A stretch of DNA of 63,261 nucleotides, filler included, from Stramenopiles sp. TOSAG23-2 (taxonomy: Eukaryota): NCBI GenBank assembly GCA_900128395.1. It is 8 parts of 8 records of this genome, joined end to end, with 100 filler letters (N's around TTAATTAATTAA, not from the genome) between each part and the next. Parts side by side here need not be neighbours in the genome. Positions count along the whole stretch, not along the records: positions 1 to 26,638 come from LT649429.1; positions 26,739 to 53,349 come from LT649430.1; 6 more parts are not named here. One strand, given 5' to 3'. Under the pieces are notes generated by a model. It made no database searches and was not told the origin of the DNA. It saw only the letters and a list, made by a program, of their open reading frames with translations. Below, piece by piece: positions 24,254-35,578 of this stretch (positions are counted from its first letter, which is position 1; every line of letters starts with the position of its first letter). A program made the position numbers and the translations under genes.

Positions 24254-25025
24254 TGCGTTTTTGTTGTTATTGTTTACTTTGTAAGAATAATAATATTTCA
24301 TTTGTAAATTATTGTGAATAAATAGTTGCTATATGTATCTATATTTATGAGTATCACATACGAATAAACGGCATTATACATATTATGCAAGATAGAAAAA
24401 ATTAGGTGCAACAAATCTAAATATAGCTATACTATATTTTTTATAAAAAAAATAATAGTAGACTAAAGCTTATAAATATACTGTAGCACAATAATAGCAG
24501 CAATAATAATAAATAATACCAAGCCAGCAAGCCCAGCAAGCCTGGCAATTGTTCCGGAATTTTAGCAGCTAAATAGAACTGTACAGTGCAAATTATTAGT
24601 ATGATTGAAGATTGAAGGAGATGATCTTTGTTTTTTTTTTACACAACAGCCAGACAATAGACTTTCTATTATAATATATATAATAGGAATTATCATGAGT
24701 AAATTAAAAATAAATTATGCGTAAATTAAATATATAATATTATGTATGTATATAACAAAGCTCACAAAGATTACTATAGTGCATCATATACCATTTAGGT
24801 TTGTGATATAGTATTATATTAGTTTCTAGAACATATTGCGACGTTTTTACATATATTTAATATTCATTCATTGATTAGTGTGGAGGCATCGATTTCTGCA
24901 TTATTATTTATTCGAAGTGGTTTATTTATTATTGTGATTGCAGCATTGATAATATCAGGGTTTGGAGTTACGATTATATAAATAAGAAACTTTTCTAGGA
25001 ACTAACAAATAAACAGGGCACGGTA

Positions 25026-26237
25026 ATGAAAATATTATACATCATTTTATTTTGTGTATATATTAGCTTTGCGCTCGCGGCGGAATGGGACTGCTCTACG
25101 ACGAGTGGCGTTTTCACACAGTCAACGAACTGTACAGTGAGTAGCGTAGTCGCCATTAAAGACTCTACATCATTAAAGATTACTGGCATCCCAGACGTGA
25201 ACGGCGTAATGCCAAAAATTATCGGCGCTGTAGGGTTAAAACGCTTGTTCATAGTGGAGGGTGGTGGGAAGCTGATTCTGAATGGTTTGAACCTAACTGC
25301 AGGAATTGAGGTTAGGGTTGATTTTTTTTGTAGTGATGGTCCTGGAGGTGTTTGTTATGACGGTTCTTTAGCTGGTTATGATGCAAGTACAAATGGCAAT
25401 ACTACCGACTCCTCGTATCTAGCTGCTTTGAGTGGTTTTAAACACCCACTCGCCCGAAATTATACTGGATGGCAAGATTATTGTAAAAGTTGGAGTGCGA
25501 ACGATGGAACATTTAATGGAGGTTTGGGGACATGCAAGACAAAAATGTATCTTATCAATGTAGAGCAAGCAGTTATAGACGACTCGAAGGGTGCAAGTCA
25601 AAACTGCAGCAACTCCCCCACCCAATGTGAAGAAAATGGGTACTATGGCGGTTGCATTACACGTCAAAACACCGACGCAGGTGTGATGTGTTCCCACAAC
25701 TGTTCAATTGGTACCCACAAAAGTGGAATATTTAATCATAAATGCGCAGCATGTATAGATGGAACCTATAATCCTTCATGGAATCAAAACCAATGCCAAT
25801 CGTGGTCCGATTGTTCCACCGGCCAGTATATCTCTACCGATGGCACAAACAGCTCTGACCGTGTATGTAGTAGCTGTGGGTCCGGGAAATATTCTGCATT
25901 AACTAACGCATTTGCATGCGCAAATTGGACAGACTGTGTAGCAGGTCAGAAAAGAACAGCATCTGGTACTGCTATTGCTGATCATACATGCGTAGTATGT
26001 CCTACTGGAAAATTTTCTACCACATCTAACCAGAACACTTGCACCGATTGGACAACATGTAATGCTACCACAGTCGAGATTAATGCTGGTTCTACTACAG
26101 CAGACAGAGTCTGTGGTCCTACAAGCGCAACAACTACAGCATCACCAACACTGGATGACCTAGGTAGTATGGGTAGTTGTATTCGACCAACATTGTATAC
26201 AACAATATTTTTCATTGCATGGAGTGTCTTGCAATAG
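25026..26237 (+). CDS. Cys-rich cell-surface protein (TNFR/ephrin-receptor-like repeats), probable GPI anchor
   Basis: Signal peptide, repeated CxxCxxGxY/F...C..W..C..G...G....D..C units, Thr-rich stalk and hydrophobic C-terminus. Confidence 0.8.
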   Translation: MKILYIILFCVYISFALAAEWDCSTTSGVFTQSTNCTVSSVVAIKDSTSLKITGIPDVNGVMPKIIGAVGLKRLFIVEGGGKLILNGLNLTAGIEVRVDFFCSDGPGGVCYDGSLAGYDASTNGNTTDSSYLAALSGFKHPLARNYTGWQDYCKSWSANDGTFNGGLGTCKTKMYLINVEQAVIDDSKGASQNCSNSPTQCEENGYYGGCITRQNTDAGVMCSHNCSIGTHKSGIFNHKCAACIDGTYNPSWNQNQCQSWSDCSTGQYISTDGTNSSDRVCSSCGSGKYSALTNAFACANWTDCVAGQKRTASGTAIADHTCVVCPTGKFSTTSNQNTCTDWTTCNATTVEINAGSTTADRVCGPTSATTTASPTLDDLGSMGSCIRPTLYTTIFFIAWSVLQ

Positions 26238-26638
26238 ATCTACTATTATATAATATATTCATACAAGCTTCGTGTAGTAGTATTCTCGTAAATTTTTATG
26301 AAAAATCAAAAAATGAAGGGGTATTGCTGGATTGCACTATTTATATAATTATTTTGCAAATTTTTTAGCAGGTAAATACAGTGCAAATTAGGCAAATTAG
26401 TTGCAAATCAAAATGTTTTGATAGGTACATTATGTATACAATTGTACATATTATATTTGTACTTCAAATATACCTCGTATACGCCTCGTAGTATTTTAAT
26501 CTGAAAGTCTGAAAGTTGCCTTCTGGCCTTCCAGCCTGGCCCTGGGCTGGCCCAGCTGGCCTCCAGTCCAGGCCTGGTTTTTTTTTTATTATTAACCAGC
26601 AGGTATTATTAATTTTTCGAAATTATTATTATTTATTA

Positions 26639-26738
26639 NNNNNNNNNNNNNNNNNNNNNNNNNNNNNNNNNNNNNNNNNNNNTTAATTAATTAANNNNNN
26701 NNNNNNNNNNNNNNNNNNNNNNNNNNNNNNNNNNNNNN
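26639..26738. other. Artificial contig linker (N44-TTAATTAATTAA-N44)
   Basis: Identical linkers occur at 53350-53449, 55003-55102, 56655-56754, 58307-58406, 59959-60058 and 61611-61710. Contig sizes fall monotonically (26638, 26611, 1553, 1552 x4, 1551). Confidence 0.98.
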
Positions 26739-26834
26739 AAAAACCGATGGTAGTAATGATCAAAACGACGAATATTTCAAAGGCGTCACTGAATATAATT
26801 TACGCATAATTTATTTTTAATTGCTATATCTTTT

Positions 26835-28040
26835 TTATTCCAATTGCTCTCGGTCCAATTGACATTGATTGTATTTGTACACACCCCCTCGATAACGTCT
26901 TGTAATTCTACCATTTCCATTACTCCTTGTCATACGATGATTCCACCATCTTGGATGATGAGTTGTATTTTGATTGCCACTTACAAAAACACCAAAAAAG
27001 TTAATTTCCCAATCTTGATATGCCCTCGATATTCCATGTTCCAAATTATTTTTCTCTCCAGCATCTACTATATCATCCAGCTCACGAAACACATCTGGTC
27101 CACAAGAAGCAAACACACACTTTGGTTTTATATATTCAAAGAGGTACCACCTCAGAAATTTCGCAGACACTTCAACAAATAACAATTGTAAAGCATCTGG
27201 TAATTTTTCATACTTAAAATCACGTCGTTTTTGCTCACCATGAATGCACAAAAGGTGACTTTCCAGAACAAATTGTTTTCGTATATTTTTAATTCCAAAG
27301 TTGTGCAAACATTTTCCGGTTGCAGTATCGCCAACATTGCCAGAAACATTTCCTGCAGCCACTTGCCACGCCGGTTTGCAAGTAAGTAAAATTACTTTCA
27401 ACCTATGCAAAACTGCATGGCGTTTCGGGTGATTATATGGGTCCCGTTTCCAATACTCCCGGAAAAGGCTTTCATATTTGGGATACGTCATACCATCGTC
27501 ATCCAACAATTTCAAAATTTCATTTAAAAATTTTTTTAACGTTTTGTTAAAGATGGTATTTTTACCTGATTCAATGGAATCCGGTGCAGGATTTAATCTT
27601 CTTCCGCGTTCCAAAGTGCAGCCACAACCATGCGCAGGGCAATTAAAATTAATAACGTCATTGTTGAATAATGGTGCTGTATGTGTCGGCGTCGTCGGTG
27701 TTGTCGTCGTCGTGGTTGTCGTCGTCGTGGTTGTCGTCGTTGAATTTGATGAATTTGAAGATGACGAATTATTAGATGTAGATGACGAATTAGCAAATGC
27801 TGCATTTTGCTGCTTTAATGCAGCAAGCAAATTTTTATACCGGTGATCATCTTCGAACCACTTGTCCTCCACCATCTTCTTTGCTTCTGCTTCGGTGGAA
27901 ACAGATTTCGACAGAAAAACGCTTTGTCCTTTTCTCAAAGAATAACCAACATAATGCCTCAGACGCCATCCCTTCCTTGTATTTTCTCTGTCAAAATAAT
28001 AGCCTTTTACTTTCTTTTTCTTGTTATTGAATTTTGTCAT
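26835..28040 (-). CDS. Hypothetical protein with an N-terminal putative AP2-like DNA-binding module
   Basis: 401-aa ORF; GYYFDR..KGWRLRHY..SVSTEAEAKKMV module, Ser/Thr linker and a Cys/His-containing C-terminal region. Confidence 0.6.
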   Translation of the reverse strand: MTKFNNKKKKVKGYYFDRENTRKGWRLRHYVGYSLRKGQSVFLSKSVSTEAEAKKMVEDKWFEDDHRYKNLLAALKQQNAAFANSSSTSNNSSSSNSSNSTTTTTTTTTTTTTTPTTPTHTAPLFNNDVINFNCPAHGCGCTLERGRRLNPAPDSIESGKNTIFNKTLKKFLNEILKLLDDDGMTYPKYESLFREYWKRDPYNHPKRHAVLHRLKVILLTCKPAWQVAAGNVSGNVGDTATGKCLHNFGIKNIRKQFVLESHLLCIHGEQKRRDFKYEKLPDALQLLFVEVSAKFLRWYLFEYIKPKCVFASCGPDVFRELDDIVDAGEKNNLEHGISRAYQDWEINFFGVFVSGNQNTTHHPRWWNHRMTRSNGNGRITRRYRGGVYKYNQCQLDREQLE

Positions 28041-29080
28041 TTAATTTTAAATTAATTAAATGTAATATTATTATTAATAATATAAATTAAACCCAAAATA
28101 AAAAATAAAAATGAAAATATATATATAAATAAATATTATTAATGGATGAATAAAAATATTTATATCGTATTTTAAATTTTGTATCTACCTCATTTTAAAA
28201 ATCATTTTCTACTTTCTATATTATATATGTTTTTGAGAATATATATATATTTTGCTTCTCATGAAAGGTATCAGTAGTTCAACATGGGAATAACATGTAC
28301 ATATGAGAAAGAATTATAGTATTATAGTTTGGTATTCTATACGAAAAAAAAATTGCTGATGACCCGTTTGAAAAAGTTAGCACAAACCATTTACTATATA
28401 CACAAGCCGTCGCCGAGATTTATTTACGCGACCATAGTACCATAGTATAGGTCCATAATGATTAATTATCGGATATTATTATTCCTATCCCACTCTAAAC
28501 AGTCAGTTTGGTAACAAAACGAAAAGACAATCCAACCTCCCGCATAGTGTACAGTTAGTTGTACTTAATACTATAACATTTTATGCTATCGACGATTTAT
28601 AGGAAAAGGACTTACACATCCGATCTTCTATAGATTAAGATTAATAAGATCTCATGGATCAATGTAGCTCTGGTATCATGTATAATATATCGATATACAT
28701 ATATCAATATATAATAATTTCAATCATAATATTATAATTCATAAGAAAATACTAAAACAAAAGAAACGAAAATAGAAACAACTTGTGACGTATAAATTGT
28801 GTAATACATTTGTGTACCTTTCATTAAACAATCGTATTTGTAATAGATAATGATAATTTTAATATGCAATTTGTGATAAAGTATGTATTACGTAGTACTC
28901 ATTTGAAATAATAGTGGGAAAATTTTTTTTATACATTAATAGGTTACGATAAACTATTATATGTGGCCATCTTTTGGTTCAGATTCGAATTTATCATCCG
29001 ATAGATCAAATAGATATTATAACATCATTCTAACAAAAAAAGTAACGAAAAAAATGTATAATTAAATATTTTATATTATA

Positions 29081-29680
29081 TGAAGGTATATTAAATTACA
29101 AATTTCTAGGTGATAAACATAGAAATATTGGTTTTTTAAAATGTCAAAGATGTAAAATGTAGCAACTGAAACCATATAACTACATGTATTAAACTGTGTA
29201 TTTTGAAGGTATATTAAATTACAAATTTCTAGGTGATAAACATAGAAATATTGGTTTTTTACAATGTCAAAGATGTAAAATGTAGCAACTAAAACCATAC
29301 AAGTACATATATTAAACTGTCTATTTAGGTCAAAACGTTAAGCCTCGACCAATTACCAGTATACGAACATATGATTTAACCAAAAAATCAACTGTAGATC
29401 ATAATTTTTGATATTTTTTTGATATTTTTTCATTTTTTCACCATTTACTACGTATGAATTGTTGCAATTATTGGATTATATTTGATTGAATCCCCTTATA
29501 TTTCAATATTTTGATAAAATGTTTGTATTTTGGTTATTAATATGTATGTAATAGTTATATTATGTGTGGAATGTGTTTTAAAATGATGTTGAGTTTTGAT
29601 AAAATGTTTGTATTTTGGTTATTAATATGTATGTAATAGTTATATTATGTGTGGATTGTGTTTTAAAATGATGTTGGGTT
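29081..29680. repeat. Two adjacent tandem duplications
   Basis: ~123-bp unit x2 (starts 29081, 29204); 85-bp unit x2 (starts 29509, 29594). Confidence 0.85.
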
Positions 29681-30202
29681 TCTAAAATGGTAAATAATTT
29701 GTAATATAATAAAATATTTAGTATGTAATTTTATAAATGAAAATGATATGTAAATCCATTTGTGGAGTGTAAATATATATATATATTGATGGAAATGGAC
29801 TTGGATTAAATGCAAATCCAATTATTTTCATTTTTCATCAGCAAAAATCATCATCATCGAGGCAAGGAAAATCAGACTAAAAGTTACTAGCCTGTAATAG
29901 CATTGTAAAACCTTAAAAATACCCTGATTTTACTCAAAATAGAAGCCACACAGCACTAAATCTAGCGAGAGAAGAAGAAGAACTTTTTTTTTTGATGATG
30001 ATGATGAAGAAAAAATAAATATTTTTTTTATTATATTATTAAAATATTATTTAAAGAAATAAATTAATAAAAAAATTAAAATGAATTTATTTGTGTTGGG
30101 ATTATTTATTATATTTATTTTTGGCAACAACATTAACATAATCAATAACTATACACATCCATATCATCAATACCAAATCAGTCAAAATAATTGACTCCAC
30201 CG

Positions 30203-30937
30203 ATGTCAACGAATAATATAGTGCGTATCATCAATACCAAACCAGTCAAAATAATTGATTCCAACATCGCAGCTGGTTTAGCAAAAACAACAGGTTGGAA
30301 AACATGGGGTTCCGCATTAGTAGCTGGAAAATTTTTATCCCTTGATGAAAACAAACTTTTTATTAAGAATAAAATGGTGTTAGATTTAAGTAGTGGTAAC
30401 GGAGTTGTGGCATTGATATGTGCAGCTTTGGATGCAAAGCAAGTAGTTGCGACAGAATGTAAAACATGTATGAAAATATTGGAAACAAATATTGAATTTA
30501 ATATAGAAGATGATAGTAAATGGTTGACAACAGATAAAATATGTGTAAAAGAATGTAATTGGGGTGAGAAAATTATTGATGAAGCAATAATAAATGTGGA
30601 ATACGATTTAATTATATTATCTGATTTAGTATTTATAGCAGTTCGTGATTCTATAATGGATGAATTTATCAATACTATATTACAAATTGTAAAATCACCA
30701 AAAACAAAAATATTATTAATTTATGAAGAAAGAATTTTAGAAGGTGAGGAAGAATTTTTAAATATATTGAAAAGATACTTTACTTTGAAAATGATTGAAC
30801 TTGATACGGAATTGTTAGATTGGTTGGATAATCCAAGAAGTAGTAATGACGACGATGACGTAGGAGGTATTGGAGGTTTATTTTATGAAAAGCCAGGAAT
30901 TAAAATTTTTATATGTAGTTTGAAAATAAAAAACTAA
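30203..30937 (+). CDS. Seven-beta-strand protein-lysine methyltransferase (METTL21/Methyltransf_16 family)
   Basis: TGWKTWGSAL, motif I VLDLSSGNG, CNWGE and DLIILSDLVF; first ATG at 30203. Confidence 0.85.
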   Translation: MSTNNIVRIINTKPVKIIDSNIAAGLAKTTGWKTWGSALVAGKFLSLDENKLFIKNKMVLDLSSGNGVVALICAALDAKQVVATECKTCMKILETNIEFNIEDDSKWLTTDKICVKECNWGEKIIDEAIINVEYDLIILSDLVFIAVRDSIMDEFINTILQIVKSPKTKILLIYEERILEGEEEFLNILKRYFTLKMIELDTELLDWLDNPRSSNDDDDVGGIGGLFYEKPGIKIFICSLKIKN

Positions 30938-31441
30938 TAAGTGAGTTTTGTGACTAAATTGTTTTTTTAAAGATTTAGGTGCTTAGATAGTCTGCGTCGT
31001 CAGACTCTTAGTGCTTAGATTTTCATCGAAAATAAATTATTATTAATAATTTTAAGGTATATATACGTTCAAGTTAGGTTATAGGGTTTATTTTCAGATT
31101 TGCAAAAATTTAATATATTTAAAAAAAGGAAAGTGTCTCGTATCGATTTAGATCCACAGTTTTGTTCTTGGTTTATTCTTCTTCGTTTCTGATTCTGGTA
31201 CCCTTTTTATGTATTACTTCTGCTTTTTAAAACTGGCATATGATTATCATTTATACTATGAAAACCAAATATGTTTCTGATAATCACTTTATTTTCCTCT
31301 CTTAAATTATCAAATCCACCAATATCTCCACCTTTTATTGCTAATAATAGTATATTTTTTACATATTTATAATGCAACACCATTTCCCCCCTATCCATAT
31401 ATGCATTTCTCCAAGGTTAAATATTTTTACACAATTTCTGC

Positions 31442-31618
31442 ATGGCACAACCACCACCACAACCATTACCAAGAAAATATAAACGAAATTGTTGTATATG
31501 GGATGCACCAGCATTACATAATTTTTTATTATCACAAAATACGAAAATATTACATGCAAGATGTATCTATAAATATTTAATGCGAACACCAAATGCATCT
31601 ATACAAAATCTTGATAAT
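31442..31618 (+). pseudogene. 5' fragment copy of the RlmN-like gene at 48199-49755
   Basis: Near-identical to codons 1-69 of that gene, in inverted orientation, with a 30-nt deletion and several substitutions; truncated. Confidence 0.9.
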
Positions 31619-31875
31619 AAAACTAAAAACACACATTTGGATCTTTACCATAAAAGTAGAGAGAGGATCCTCTCTACATAAATAGTTGGGAATTAAGCTG
31701 TGCCTTGTTGTATATTAATTATGAAGATAAAAGGGCAGGATAAGAAATGTTATTTTTAACAAAGACAAATAAAACTAAAAATACACATTTGGATCTTTCC
31801 CATAAAAGTAGAGAGAGGATCCTCTCTACATAAAAGTTGGGGATTAAGCTGTGCCTTGTTGTATATTAATTATGA
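31616..31875. repeat. ~109-bp direct repeat x2, each containing the palindrome AGAGAGGATCCTCTCT
   Basis: Copies at 31616-31724 and 31768-31875; palindromes at 31660-31675 and 31812-31827. Confidence 0.9.
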
Positions 31876-33734
31876 CATATCCATATCCAAACTGCCCAGC
31901 GGAGGCCACATCATTTGCGTGTTAGTGTTACAGTAGGGTTTATTTTGAAAAATTCAATCGTTTAAGAGTATCAATTTTAAGGAAATTGTATCAAAAATCA
32001 CAAATTTAAGTAGGTATCTATTTAAGGAATTGTTCTTACGTTGGTTTAGTTTCCGGTTTCTGGCCATTGATTTTTTAACTTGAATCTAAATTTATTATCG
32101 GATTATGTCAAAAAGAAGACGAAACGTTTACATTATAATTAAAATTACCGAAAAAAACACTTTAAATCAAAAAATTAAAATTTTATGGAAATAATGATTT
32201 TTTAATATCTCCAATTTATATTTAGAAAAATAGTAAATTAAAATGGCACTCGATATATATAGGAAGGTGACAGGATAGTTTAACAGGTGTACTATTTTGG
32301 ATTCGGGTGAAAAAATGAAAAATTCATGAAAAATTCACAACATTTAAGTACAAAACCATAGAGTACAAAACCGATAGGTAAAAATACAATTTCCTTGAAA
32401 AAATAAAAAGTTAAAAATCGCAAAAAATAAATAATTGATAGTTTAATTGATAGTTTAGCAAGAACATACCATCATATTTCAGTTCCTATATACCACCTCG
32501 AAAACTCGAAAATAGAACCAATAAGAAGTAACAATACTTTTCATAGTCTAACAAGTGAAAAAAAATGAAAAATTCACAACATTTTAGTACGAAACCATAG
32601 AGTACAAAATCACATTTTATTGATAGGTAAAAATTCAAATTCCATGAAAAAATAAAAAGTTAAAAATAGCAAAAAATAAATACCTTCACGGTGACGATTT
32701 TTGATGAAAACAAAAACCTTAAAAATTAGTATACTATTTATTGTACTTTTTGAAATTGAAAAATTTTGACCGTACTGAAAACGGTTCCTGGCCAAATCCG
32801 TGAATTTTTAAAAAAATTGTACTAATTAGTATATGAATTTTGTTTTTACTTATGTGTTGTTTTATTTCAGGGCATATATAGGAACAATAATTTCAATAAT
32901 GTGCCGTTATTTGAAAGTGAGATTTATCAAAAAATAACACAATAAATTATTTTGCATAAAATCTATGATTTTTGATAGGTAAAAACAATCATCCCTGTGC
33001 TATTTGTATGTTACAGCAAAATATTTGCTGGAATAAATTAAAATAAACCACAATACTTCCAAAATTATATACATGTATACTATATATATTTTTGAATACT
33101 ATAAATAAATTTTGAATTAATGTTTTCCAAATATCGGTAATCTCACAATACAATTTTCCCAACAATTTGATTGGAAAACAAAGCAAAACTATCCATGTAT
33201 TTTTACCAGATATTTTAACTGTCATGCTTACATTATTATAATGAATAACAATAGAAATTTAAACGAATGGGGGCTTTTTGCGTAATTACATTTTACGTTC
33301 CAAGGGGTTCAAAAAAAGGCTTAAAAGCTGTCTATACGTTTATACTTGATGATGTAAAAAGACTATTAAATTAGTTTTGAACTAGGACTTTTATCATCTC
33401 TACATTAAGGTAATAAATGAAAAGCAAGGTTCAAAAGTACAATTATAGGTTTATGTGGAAATAGTGTCTTTGTAAATATCCGGTTTATGAATGGATAGAA
33501 GCACCTTGGAGTGCACATTGCACATGGCCAAAACATTCAAATTTAGACATAGGAGTTTTGGTGTACTTCCACTGGAAAAGTAGTAGTCTTTTATGGTTTT
33601 CATTCATTTTCAATGCTATACTATGATACATGATACTATGTTGGATAAAATTAATATATTTTGAAGTTTATCCACACGTAACAGTTTCGAAAATATGTAT
33701 ATTATTCACTATCGGTATAAACTTGCCTTAATGA

Positions 33735-33848
33735 ATTCAGATAGGTAGTGAAAGTATACAAAATGGTCATGCTATTCTACCACAATTTTGCCCTAAATTG
33801 TGGTAGAATAGCACGACCATCTTATATACTTTCACTACCTATCTGAAT
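33735..33848. repeat. 114-bp inverted repeat (54-bp arms, 6-nt loop, 3 mismatches)
   Basis: Arms 33735-33788 and 33795-33848 are reverse complements; followed by a 23-bp tandem duplication at 33863-33908. Confidence 0.95.
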
Positions 33849-34462
33849 AACAGGGGATTTCCACGATGACTAGACTCTGGTTAAGACGATGACTAGAATC
33901 TGGTTAAGGGAAATAAATAATTTATATCACTTAACCATGTAATATGTAACAATATTACCTGTATGGTATGTCAGAAATCCGATAGTGAGGTACATGGTTT
34001 GTTAATGCTATTTCAAGCCTATTAATTTGACATACTTTACTATGTATCTTAATATTAGGATATTCTCATACTAAATTCATCATAAAAAATTGATATTTTG
34101 GGATTATAATAAATGTATTGCTTACCGTATGTATTGAAACTTGGCACTTTTTTGATAGAAAATCATCAAAGTTTGTCTCTATGAATGCAAATTTTAAGTA
34201 TACTAAAAATTTCGTTCAAGTACATCATTAATTTTAGAAATTACCCTTTTAGATTATGCGTTTTTATGAAACTAACCATGTTTTATTTTATATAAGTACT
34301 ATTTTCTAATAATCTTCCATGCTTTTGTAGCCCTATATAAAAAAGTATTTTGGAAAAAAAGATAAATTACAAAATTTTGTGTAAAATCGTTTTAAATAGG
34401 GACTGTATTAGTACAGTAATTGTATACTTAGTAAAACTAGAAAAAATTACCACAACATGTGC

Positions 34463-35507
34463 TGTATTACCTTGAAAAACAGGTACAAGAAAATGAAATG
34501 CAGTATTGCTTAAACTGTAACTTTGCATAGCGATTGCCTACAAGGCTACAAATTCAACCAAATGAAAGCTCTAAGTCATGGCTTTCATGTACTGCATGGT
34601 TGTAACTATGTAATATTAAATACGTACGACAAGATGCAATCAAACATTGAAATAATTTTATTTTGCGTTTGAATGATGAAAAGCGGATTGTATTACCTTG
34701 AAAAACAGGTACAAGAAAATGAAATGCAGTATTGCTTAAACTGTAACTTTGCATAGCGATTGCCTACAAGGCTACAAATTCAACCAAATGAAAGCTCTAA
34801 GTCATGGCTTTCATGTACTGCATGGTTGTAACTATGTAATATTAAATACGTACGACAAGATGCAATCAAACATTGAAATAATTTTATTTTGCGTTTGAAT
34901 GATGAAAAGCGGATTGTATTACCTTGAAAAACAGGTACAAGAAAATGAAATGCAGTATTGCTTAAACTGTAACTTTGCATAGCGATTGTGTACAAGGCTA
35001 AAAATTCGACCAAATGAAAGCTTTTAGTCATGGCTATCATGTGCTACATGGTTGTAACTATGTAAAATTAAATACTGTACGTCAAGATGCAATCAAATAT
35101 TGAAATAATTTTATATTGCCTTTGAATGATAAAAAGGGGATTGTATTACCATTAAAACGGGTAAAAGAAAATGAAATGGAATATTGCGTGAACAATAACT
35201 TTGCATAGCGATTGTCTATAAGGCTACAAATTCGACGAAATGCAAGCTCTAAGTCATGGCTTTCACGTACTTTATGGTTGTAAATAGGCCATATTAAATA
35301 CTGTACGTCAAGATACAATCAAACATTGAAATAATTGTATTTTGCGTTTGAATGATCAAAAGGGGATTGTATTACCTTGAAAAACGGGGAAAAGAAAATG
35401 AAATGCAATATTGCTTGAACTGTGACTTTGCGTAGCAATTGTGTATACGGCTACAAATTCGACGAAATGCAAGCAATTGTGTATAAGGCTACAAATTCGA
35501 CGAAATG
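34463..35507. repeat. 226-bp tandem satellite, about 4.5 copies
   Basis: Unit starts at 34463, 34689, 34915, 35142 and 35368; the first two copies look identical and later copies diverge. Confidence 0.95.
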
Positions 35508-35544
35508 GAAGGGAGGGACGTTGATCATATAAACAGGTTAAAGG

Positions 35545-35554
35545 AAAAAAAAAA
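35545..35554 (-). terminator. Putative RNA polymerase III terminator (T10) for the tRNA-Met gene
   Basis: A10 on the + strand is T10 on the - strand, about 25 nt downstream of the discriminator base. Confidence 0.65.
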
Positions 35555-35578
35555 TTTGAGATGTGCGGTTATGCACAT

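Noticed and set aside
34554-35318. Repeated 66-86-aa ORFs
   Set aside because: They lie within the 226-bp satellite, whose period is not a multiple of 3.
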